In this document: positions 1 through 7,280 of the stretch, piece after piece
Numbering within the stretch: position 1 is the stretch's first letter
How the letters are laid out: each line of letters starts with the position of its first letter
Virus record (IMG/VR): IMGVR_UViG_3300012984_000014
Location: 1 to 64,000 of that record
Direction: 5' to 3' (one strand)
DNA from: a virus
DNA: 64,000 bases
Translations under genes and position numbers: made by a program
Notes under the pieces: generated by a model
Seen by the model: only the letters and a program-made list of their open reading frames with translations
Told to the model about the DNA's origin: nothing
The model's database searches: none

Positions 1-509
1 GTGCCACCCCGATGGGCGACACTGCTGCCGTCAGCCAAGGAGCTCCTCCCGGGCCCTTCGGCATCCCGATGGTCCAGGTTCCGCTCTGGCAGATGCTGCC
101 GCTGACCGTGGAACACATCGTGCTGACCGGTACAACCCCGACGGCCCTCAAGGGCGGCCCGATCCAGAACGTGGTGGTCACGGCCACTTCGCTCGGTGGC
201 ATCCCCACCACGCCGTTCATCGAGACCACGGACTATGTCGTGGACTACACCGCGGGCACCATCACCCGTAACGGCGCGGGCGCCATCGGCTCAGGCAACA
301 CCGTCAAGGTGACCTACCAGAGCAACCCGCAGCTGATCCTCACCCACATGAACAACTTCATCGTGGGCATCGGTCGCGACATCCGCATCGAGAAGGACCG
401 CGACATCTACAAGGGTGTGAACCAGTACGCCATCACCGCGAAGGTCGCGGTGCAGCTGGAAGAGCTGTCCGCGGTCGTCAAGGTCCGCAACATCGGCACT
501 GGCGTCTGA
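1..509 (+). CDS. Major capsid protein, C-terminal part (5' truncated by window), with an inserted beta-rich domain
   Basis: C-terminus LILTHMNNFIVGIGRDIRIEKDRDIYKGVNQYAITAKVAVQLEELSAVV resembles HK97-fold capsid C-termini. The preceding ETTDYVVDYTAGTITR...GNTVKVTY segment is an Ig-like insert. It lies at the start of the structural module. Confidence 0.75.
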   Translation, partial: ATPMGDTAAVSQGAPPGPFGIPMVQVPLWQMLPLTVEHIVLTGTTPTALKGGPIQNVVVTATSLGGIPTTPFIETTDYVVDYTAGTITRNGAGAIGSGNTVKVTYQSNPQLILTHMNNFIVGIGRDIRIEKDRDIYKGVNQYAITAKVAVQLEELSAVVKVRNIGTGV

Positions 510-528
510 TAGAGACGCGGTAAGGTTC

Positions 529-581
529 GGGACGTCCTAAGTGTTGGGCGTCCCGGCCCCTGCGGCTATCGCTAGGGGTCG
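529..581 (+). other. Two tandem GC-rich stem-loops after the capsid stop (529-554 and 554-581), possible mRNA stabiliser or attenuator
   Basis: GGGACGTCC/GGGCGTCCC and CGGCCCCT/AGGGGTCG each pair with one G-U. No U-tract follows. Confidence 0.3.
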
Positions 582-627
582 AGACACAAGAAGTCCGCCA
601 CTTAATTGGCTGAAGGAGGCACAAAAG

Positions 628-1107
628 ATGGCAAAAGCGAAGATTACTCTCAACGATGCAGGCCCGCTGACGTACACCGGAAACGGCTACACCTTGTCGC
701 GCGGCCAGTCCGTCGTCACCACGAAGGATGACGACATTCTGTATTTTTACAACCGCACTGGCTTCACGGTCGATTTGCTCGACGGCTCCGTGCTCCCTGG
801 TTCGGCCGTAGCTGCCGAAGAGGCCGAAGACGAAGCCCCCGCGAAGAAGCCCAAGACGGCAAAGCCCAAGAAGACGGCTCCGCCTCCTCCGCCCGCGGAC
901 GAGGATGAAGACGAGGGCGACGAAGACGAAGAAGAAGGCGACGAGGACGAAGAGGACGACGAGGAGCTGACCGGCGAACTGTCGGCGGAAGAGCTGTCCA
1001 AGCAGACCAAGGCGTCGCTCGCGCAACTGGCTGAAGAGAAGGGTCTGAAGGTCGAAGCGAACATGACCAAGGACAAGCTCATCGCCCTCATTCTCACTGC
1101 CAAGTAG
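628..1107 (+). CDS. Head-module protein with an acidic disordered linker and a C-terminal Rho-N/HeH-like domain
   Basis: GGAGG RBS precedes the ATG at 628. C-terminus LSKQTKASLAQLAEEKGLKVEANMTKDKLIALIL matches the Rho-N/HeH helical pattern. The centre is a D/E tract. Confidence 0.6.
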   Translation: MAKAKITLNDAGPLTYTGNGYTLSRGQSVVTTKDDDILYFYNRTGFTVDLLDGSVLPGSAVAAEEAEDEAPAKKPKTAKPKKTAPPPPPADEDEDEGDEDEEEGDEDEEDDEELTGELSAEELSKQTKASLAQLAEEKGLKVEANMTKDKLIALILTAK

Positions 1108-1129
1108 TCCCTGAACGGAGTTCAAAACC

Positions 1130-1465
1130 ATGCCGCTGGTTCAATACGTTGCCACCGCACTCGCTCTCCAGATCGAAGGCTTCCCTGCCGAATTGAAGGA
1201 GGGCGAGGTCGCGCGCCCGTTCGAGCGCTCGTGCGAAGGCTCGTTGCACCTGCGGCCTGGTTCGACTCTCGAACTGACGGCCGATGAGTACGCCCACATC
1301 AAGGCAAAGCGCCCCGATGTGTTTTCGTCGCTGCGCTGCATGATGACCGACGAGCAACTCACCGCGGCTTCTCAGCCGCCAGAGGCCGCTCCGAAGCCGG
1401 AAGGCGACGAGACGGCCGGCGGCGACGAAAGCCCACGGCCAGGGAAGTCGAAGCGCGGCGGCTGA
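1130..1465 (+). CDS. Hypothetical protein
   Basis: ATG ORF with GGAG upstream, co-oriented and filling the gap between neighbours. Confidence 0.55.
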   Translation: MPLVQYVATALALQIEGFPAELKEGEVARPFERSCEGSLHLRPGSTLELTADEYAHIKAKRPDVFSSLRCMMTDEQLTAASQPPEAAPKPEGDETAGGDESPRPGKSKRGG

Positions 1466-1491
1466 GGCGACTCGCGGCCTGAAAGGCCCGC

Positions 1492-1917
1492 GTGTTGAAG
1501 ATTCACACTTCGGACGGCCGCACTCAAGCGGTTGATCTGTCTGATGCCGTTCAAGCGCGTGAGTGGCTCGGGCGCCTTGCAAGGGAAGGCGCTCAGGGCT
1601 TTGTCACGGGCGTAACGCTGACAGAGAAGCACGCGGCATCAGGAAGGTGCCCCGCTTGCGGCGTACGGTGCTCTCACCCCCTCGGGGTGCAGTTCTCCAT
1701 TTCGCGTCCGCAAGACTTCGGTATTGTCAGCCTAGCAGCAGAGCGCGTGGAGCCTTCCGGGCGCGTGAAGGGCGGCGAGCGCGTTCTGCTCTTCGCTGAC
1801 GACGTGCGTCTGAGCGTGATGGCCCACGCCGAGCAACCGGCCGTGCGCGTCGTCTTGTCAAAGGTGGGCAAGCGTCGCTTCGACCCGAACACGAGGATCG
1901 GACATGAAGAAGGCTGA
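1492..1917 (+). CDS. Hypothetical protein with a CPACG zinc-ribbon motif
   Basis: GTG ORF with CPACGVRC. Overlaps the next gene. Confidence 0.5.
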   Translation: MLKIHTSDGRTQAVDLSDAVQAREWLGRLAREGAQGFVTGVTLTEKHAASGRCPACGVRCSHPLGVQFSISRPQDFGIVSLAAERVEPSGRVKGGERVLLFADDVRLSVMAHAEQPAVRVVLSKVGKRRFDPNTRIGHEEG

Positions 1918-2305
1918 ACTGATCTCGGTCCTAAAGTCGGCCTGTCGAGGTTGCGGAAAGCCATTGCTTCCGGCGAACGAGACGCTGGCAGATGGCTGCC
2001 CATGCAACTCTCCGCGCGGCATCAATCACGGAATCGTTCCGAGACACACGTGCACTTGCTCTGAATGCGACCCCGCAGGCACCGGCGGAGCTCGCGCGCC
2101 CGCGGGGAACTTCATTAGCGATCGGGCGCACCTCGAAGCGCTCGAAGGGGCCGGCGAAGCAGGATTCGCTCCGGTCGGCTGGTTGTACGAAAGCGTCATG
2201 AGCGGCCTGGTAGTCAAGGGCCTTGCAGAGAAACGCGGCGCTGCTTACGTCCTCAGCAAGGACGGCGCCGCGGAGCTGAGACTTCAGAGGAGCACAAAAC
2301 CATGA
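1904..2305 (+). CDS. Hypothetical Cys-rich protein, possibly with a C-terminal winged helix
   Basis: CRGC, CPC and CTCSEC motifs. ATGA overlap with the next gene. Confidence 0.55.
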   Translation: MKKAELISVLKSACRGCGKPLLPANETLADGCPCNSPRGINHGIVPRHTCTCSECDPAGTGGARAPAGNFISDRAHLEALEGAGEAGFAPVGWLYESVMSGLVVKGLAEKRGAAYVLSKDGAAELRLQRSTKP

Positions 2306-3384
2306 TCGACATCAAGAACATCGGTTGGGCCTCATACGACGTGTATGAAGGCCCATTTTATTTGGGGCAATCCAAGTTCAAATTGCCCGACAATCCAGCG
2401 CTTCCGGACAAGATTCTGGCGACCATCACGGCGACCGAAGGCGGAAGCTGGAACGCGGTCAACATGTATGATCGCTGCATCGTCACAGTCGGCCTGATCC
2501 AGTGGTGCGAGGGCGGGCAGTATTCCGTCAGCGACATGCTGGGAGTGGCGGCTGAACGCTCGGAATCGTTGATTGCGCCGCTCAGCAACGTCATGCGTGA
2601 GGCAGGCGTGGAGTTCAAGAAGAACGCCAAGGGCCGCTATCGATTCTTTTTCAGAGACGCGCGCGGCGAAGTCGACCGAACCGACGAGCAACAGCAACTT
2701 TTCCTGCGCGGCTCCGGTCGCAAGAACACTTGGACTGATAGCAACAAGGCCTGGGCCAAGTCATGGGCGGCCGCCCTGGCAGATGTGTACGCGGAGCCGA
2801 ACGCTATCCAAACGCAACGAGACTACACGGTGCCACGGCTGTACGGCTTCGCGCTCCCGACCGCGCTGGAGCTGTTCAAAGAGCCTGAGGCGAAGGGATC
2901 GCCCATCGGCCAAGCGTTCATTTGCGCTTACCTGAGTTTCGCCGCGAACAACCCCGCGCGCGCGGACGCGAGCCTGAAGGACGCGATCAAGACGTGGAAC
3001 ACGCAGAACGGTCCAGTTTGGAGCCCTCGATGGTTCAATCACGTCTTGGAGCGGCTGACGTTCGCCTCCGGAGTCACCATCTATCCGCATCGCTACGATT
3101 CCATCAGGCCTGTGCTGGAGAAGCTTTTCGGCATTGACATCCCCGATCGGAGCGACCAGCTGAAAGGGCTTCTTTCACCGATCGAGATTCAAGACATTCT
3201 TGTTCACGTCCTCAAGTACGACCTCGGCAAGAGCGGCGCCAACGGCGATGGCGTGGACGGTCAATGGGGCAAGAAGAGCACGGCCGCTCTGGCGGACTTC
3301 GAGCGGCGAAACAACCTGGACGGCGACGGGCTCCCGGACGCGAACACCAACGCTGCGCTCCTCAAAGTGAGGGACACAAGGTAA
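2302..3384 (+). CDS. Putative endolysin (lysozyme-like N-terminal domain plus C-terminal peptidoglycan-binding PG_binding_1 domain)
   Basis: C-terminal GVDGQWGKKSTAALADFERRNNLDGDGLPDANTNAAL fits PG_binding_1. N-terminal TEGGSWNAVNMYD...VGLIQW is a lysozyme-like E...D/GxxQ arrangement. Confidence 0.7.
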   Translation: MIDIKNIGWASYDVYEGPFYLGQSKFKLPDNPALPDKILATITATEGGSWNAVNMYDRCIVTVGLIQWCEGGQYSVSDMLGVAAERSESLIAPLSNVMREAGVEFKKNAKGRYRFFFRDARGEVDRTDEQQQLFLRGSGRKNTWTDSNKAWAKSWAAALADVYAEPNAIQTQRDYTVPRLYGFALPTALELFKEPEAKGSPIGQAFICAYLSFAANNPARADASLKDAIKTWNTQNGPVWSPRWFNHVLERLTFASGVTIYPHRYDSIRPVLEKLFGIDIPDRSDQLKGLLSPIEIQDILVHVLKYDLGKSGANGDGVDGQWGKKSTAALADFERRNNLDGDGLPDANTNAALLKVRDTR

Positions 3385-3394
3385 AAAGGGAGAC

Positions 3395-3889
3395 ATGGAT
3401 CAGCGCACCATCACCTATGACACCATTGTACACAAGGCGAACCTTGCGCTGGCCAAAGGCGAATCGCTCAGCCAGTTCACGCAGAAGCTTCGCGAGGCAG
3501 CCAACAAAGCCATCGCACTGAAGCTCAATCTGACCGCCAAAAATTGCTCGACGTACATGGTCGAAACGTTCGCGGATTCGGCCATTTTTGATGTGACCAA
3601 GCGTCCGTTGGTAGATGGCGGGCCATATTCCTATGCGTATTACGCAATCAAGTATTCGCGCAAAGATGATGGCTCTTTCGAATTCAGCGATGCCACGGAA
3701 GTGGAGCGCGTCACATCTTTCCAGCCAAAAGCGCCGATGAGCGTGACCAAAGCCAAGAAGGGCTTGCTGGACGACGAAGACGATCTGGAAGACGAAGAGG
3801 ACGAAGAACTGTCCAAGAAGCCGATGAAGAAGGACGCCCCTCCCGGCTGGACCTACACAACCAAGAGCCTTTGGGGCGGACTGCTCTGA
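3395..3889 (+). CDS. Hypothetical protein
   Basis: AGGGAG RBS, ATG start, acidic patch near the C-terminus. Confidence 0.6.
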   Translation: MDQRTITYDTIVHKANLALAKGESLSQFTQKLREAANKAIALKLNLTAKNCSTYMVETFADSAIFDVTKRPLVDGGPYSYAYYAIKYSRKDDGSFEFSDATEVERVTSFQPKAPMSVTKAKKGLLDDEDDLEDEEDEELSKKPMKKDAPPGWTYTTKSLWGGLL

Positions 3890-3910
3890 GCTCGAAAAAG
3901 AAGGATCGTC

Positions 3911-4606
3911 ATGTTCAAGTCGACCGCGCTGAAAAACGGCTACTCCAATCTGTACTTCCTCAACACCGGCCACGCCAACATCGGTGACGCCACGGGCTTG
4001 CGCCCGAGCACAGTGGCGGGCTCGATGTATCTCGGCCTTCACACGGCAGATCCGGGCGTGGGTGGAACCCAAGCCACCAACGAGATCACATACACCGGCT
4101 ATACGCGCGTGGCCGTCCCTCGTTCGGGCGCCGGCTTCAGCCAAGCTGGCGGCGTGGTTTCACTCGTTGGCAACGCGGACTTCCCGCAGGCGACAGCTGG
4201 CTCATTCCCGATCTTGGCCGCGTTCTGGTCGTTGGGTTCTGGATCTACCGGCGCCACAGAGTTGGAGTATAGCGGCCCGCTTTCTCCGAGCGGCGCGTTG
4301 TTCTTGCCGTTCACGGCCTTGGCAAGTGACACGCTCACCATGCCCGGTCACACGTTCGCTGTGAGCGACATGGCTACGTTCACGGCGCCTCCGGGGACGT
4401 CGCTGCCTGCCGGTATGGTCGATGGAACGGTGTACTTCATCAAGACCGTCACGGGCAATGACTTCACGCTCAGCGCGACGCTGGGCGGCGCAACGCTCGA
4501 CATCACGGCGGCCGGCGGTGGCCTCGGCATCGAGGTCTCTCCGATCACCATCAATTTGAACACCATCCCGCGCTTGGCGGCGGGAACGATTCTGCGCGAG
4601 GGTTGA
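3911..4606 (+). CDS. Virion structural protein (gp80-like tail-fibre-associated family) with an inserted beta domain
   Basis: YLGLHTADPG...NEITYTGYTRVAV motif typical of this structural family. Paralogous to 26580-26984. Confidence 0.6.
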   Translation: MFKSTALKNGYSNLYFLNTGHANIGDATGLRPSTVAGSMYLGLHTADPGVGGTQATNEITYTGYTRVAVPRSGAGFSQAGGVVSLVGNADFPQATAGSFPILAAFWSLGSGSTGATELEYSGPLSPSGALFLPFTALASDTLTMPGHTFAVSDMATFTAPPGTSLPAGMVDGTVYFIKTVTGNDFTLSATLGGATLDITAAGGGLGIEVSPITINLNTIPRLAAGTILREG

Positions 4607-4926
4607 TCATGATCCTGGAGCCTGACTTCCCGAAACGAACGCTTGCGACGGCGCGCGAAGTTCTGCGCGACATTCCAGAGTGCTTGGAAGCCGAGTACAA
4701 GTTTATCGTTTTCGCGGATAGGACTCCAGGAATCCTGCTGAAATTCTCCTTGCCGGAGACGCAGGCGAAACCGCTTCTGGCCATTTCACTTGCATCGCGC
4801 TCACGTTCCCGTCCGCTCGACGACGGGATCTTGATGGGCGGGGACAAACTCCGCCGACACATTCGCGAATCCACAGAGAACTATCTGCTAAAAAACGGGG
4901 TTAAACTCCCCGTTTTGTGCGATTGA
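4603..4926 (+). CDS. Hypothetical protein
   Basis: Coupled by a TTGA overlap (alternative ATG at 4609). Confidence 0.45.
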   Translation: MIMILEPDFPKRTLATAREVLRDIPECLEAEYKFIVFADRTPGILLKFSLPETQAKPLLAISLASRSRSRPLDDGILMGGDKLRRHIRESTENYLLKNGVKLPVLCD

Positions 4927-4938
4927 AAGGACGAAAAG

Positions 4939-5373
4939 ATGGCTTTTGAAGTTGGCGGCACGACACCCGCTGCCGCCTCCGCCGCGGCGTACGCAACGCT
5001 CAACACGGGCGCCAACCGTCGCGGGAAGATCCGCGAACTTGGCTGGACGACTACCGCTGCAACTGCAAGTTCAGTTGGATTGGGAATTCCGGCTAACACG
5101 CCCGTCGCCACCACCACCATCACCCCGTTGGCCCAAGACAGCCAAGATGCAACTGGCACGGTTCTTCTCGGGACTGCGTGGTCCACAGCGCCCACAGCGC
5201 CCACCACGTTTTTCCGCAAGCTTACCGTTGGCGCGGCAATCGGCGCTGGAATTGCCTGGCCGTGGCCATCGGACGCGCGCCTCACCATGCAGAAGTCAAC
5301 TTGGCTGACTTTGTGGAATTACGGCGCAGGCGCCGGCTCTGCTCTGGACGTCTATGTTCAACTGGAGGAGTAG
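4939..5373 (+). CDS. Putative virion structural protein (T/A/G-rich, beta-sandwich-like)
   Basis: AAGGA RBS. Composition and context are typical of virion proteins. Confidence 0.5.
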   Translation: MAFEVGGTTPAAASAAAYATLNTGANRRGKIRELGWTTTAATASSVGLGIPANTPVATTTITPLAQDSQDATGTVLLGTAWSTAPTAPTTFFRKLTVGAAIGAGIAWPWPSDARLTMQKSTWLTLWNYGAGAGSALDVYVQLEE

Positions 5374-5375
5374 CC

Positions 5376-5882
5376 ATGGAATTCCATTTTCGCTACAATG
5401 GTCCGAAGTCCGAGACCAAGGTCAAGAACTGCCCGCTATGCCATACGGCTGAGCGGGGTGTCTGTGTATTGATCGAGCCTCCAAGCGACGGACACCCAGG
5501 CCACGCACATGACGGCGGCCCCGTCGTTGGTTGCGCTCATTGTGACGCTGCCAAATCCGGCATGTGCCCTTGCCATTGCGGAATCGAGAAGGCTCTGGCT
5601 GCTCACGCGCCACAAGATACGGACCCTGGAAACAGCGATTGGAAGGAGATCACCGCGGACGATCGCGGAATCATCCGTCAAAGGGTTCAGCAGGAAGATT
5701 CGCCTGAGCGCCAAGAACGAATTGGCAAGGCCAACGTCTTGTACAACAAGGCTGCCGCCGCGGCGCGCTCCTATTGCGAGGAACTACCAGAGTGCCTCGT
5801 CGATGTCCAATTGCGTGGAGACGACCTGGAAAAAATCGGAACATTCCATATCGACATCAACGCACTCCCTCTTCAAGAATGA
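5376..5882 (+). CDS. Cys/His-rich hypothetical protein
   Basis: GGAGG upstream of the ATG at 5376. Contains CPLCH, HPGHAH, CAHC and CPCHC. Confidence 0.55.
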   Translation: MEFHFRYNGPKSETKVKNCPLCHTAERGVCVLIEPPSDGHPGHAHDGGPVVGCAHCDAAKSGMCPCHCGIEKALAAHAPQDTDPGNSDWKEITADDRGIIRQRVQQEDSPERQERIGKANVLYNKAAAAARSYCEELPECLVDVQLRGDDLEKIGTFHIDINALPLQE

Positions 5883-7280
5883 GTGTTCATGGGGCGCCAG
5901 CCGAATAGTGGACGCGGGGTAGCTCCCGGATCGGTGCGCGCTAAATCTTCCAAATTTCCGCTCGCGCTAAGTTCCGATGCGCGCTACTTGAAGACTGCGG
6001 ATGGAGCTCCGCTTCTTCTAAACATTGCGGCCGCCGCGTGGGATTACATCCAAGCAATTAGCTATTCGGATTTCACGGCATTCGCTGACGCGCAGAAGGC
6101 GCGCGGGTTCAACGCCCTGCACGTCTCCCTGATCAGCAATGATCAGCTGAGGTTCCCGAGCACCTCCGGCAACCATTTTGCCGCGCCCAATTGGAACAAT
6201 GGCGCGACCGTGGCGCCGTTCACAAGCGCAGGCAATTTCTCAACGCCCAATCCGATCTATTTCGCGCATGCGAAGAGCTGTATACAGTATCTGCTGTCGA
6301 TCGGCATGCTCGCAATCGTCCAGGTTGCGTACCTCGGTTATGACGCAGTTTCTGGCATTACAAATGAGGGGTGGGGGCAGCTCATGTTGGCCGACAGCGA
6401 CGCCAATATGACAACCTATGGCCAATATGTGGGCGGACTACTGAACGACTGTCCAAACGTCATCTACGGCATGGGCGGCGATGCACGCCCCACGGTGGCG
6501 TCGACTCTCGAGAGTCGACTCAAGCACGTGGTCGATGGCGTTATTTTCATCGATCCCGGGAAGTTCTGGATTGCTCATTGGGACGGCGACACAGGCGGCG
6601 GAAACGGCGGTGATATGGCGTTTGACCAGACAACATTCGCCAGCTATTCGCAGTTGCTATGGAGCCACTATGGCTACAATCCAGGCGCGCTCGTATACAC
6701 CCGAATTCGAACGGCGTACGGCCATTCGCCGGTACGGCCGGCATTGCTAATTGACGAATCATACGAGGACGATCCGGCGCAAAGCACCACGCTTGAACTG
6801 CGCACCAAGCAACTCAGTGGCTTTTGCGAGGGCAGCGCATCACTCTGCTACGCACGCGGCGGAACGACGCCTGCGGGGTGGGTGTTCGCCGCTAACGTCG
6901 CCGGCACCACCGGAACCACCGAACACGGTTACATCTATGCATTGCTATCGTCGTTGCCATGGTCGACGATGGTGCCTGATACAAGCAACACCTTCGTTAC
7001 CGCTGGGCGTGGAACCTACTCGTCTTCAAATTACGTCACCGTTCGCGCTTCGAATTCTTGCCTCATCGCACATTTTCAGAGCGCTGCTGCGGCCACGATT
7101 ACCGTCGACATGACAAAATTTGTCAAGGCCATGCGCGCCCGTTGGTTTGACCCGACTGCACCGACTGCGAGCGCCTACACTCTGATCTCCTCTTCGCTTG
7201 CGAACACGGGAACGCAGAACTTCACACAACCTGCTGCACGAGGGGACGGCACTAGTGATGTCGTTTTGGTGTTGGACTAA
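5883..7280 (+). CDS. DUF4038 / GH140 apiosidase-like glycoside hydrolase with a C-terminal putative collagen-binding beta domain
   Basis: RYLKTADGAPL...AWD...KARGFNALHV, NPIYFAHA, VIYGMGGD and LLIDESYED match the DUF4038 TIM-barrel pattern. ITVDMTKF...RARWFDPT matches the associated C-terminal domain. Start is GTG 5883 or ATG 5889. Confidence 0.7.
   Translation: MFMGRQPNSGRGVAPGSVRAKSSKFPLALSSDARYLKTADGAPLLLNIAAAAWDYIQAISYSDFTAFADAQKARGFNALHVSLISNDQLRFPSTSGNHFAAPNWNNGATVAPFTSAGNFSTPNPIYFAHAKSCIQYLLSIGMLAIVQVAYLGYDAVSGITNEGWGQLMLADSDANMTTYGQYVGGLLNDCPNVIYGMGGDARPTVASTLESRLKHVVDGVIFIDPGKFWIAHWDGDTGGGNGGDMAFDQTTFASYSQLLWSHYGYNPGALVYTRIRTAYGHSPVRPALLIDESYEDDPAQSTTLELRTKQLSGFCEGSASLCYARGGTTPAGWVFAANVAGTTGTTEHGYIYALLSSLPWSTMVPDTSNTFVTAGRGTYSSSNYVTVRASNSCLIAHFQSAAAATITVDMTKFVKAMRARWFDPTAPTASAYTLISSSLANTGTQNFTQPAARGDGTSDVVLVLD

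Noticed and set aside
1473-1496. Intrinsic terminator after ORF 1130-1465
   Set aside because: Short GGCC/GGCC stem with only a weak TGTT tail, overlapping the next start.
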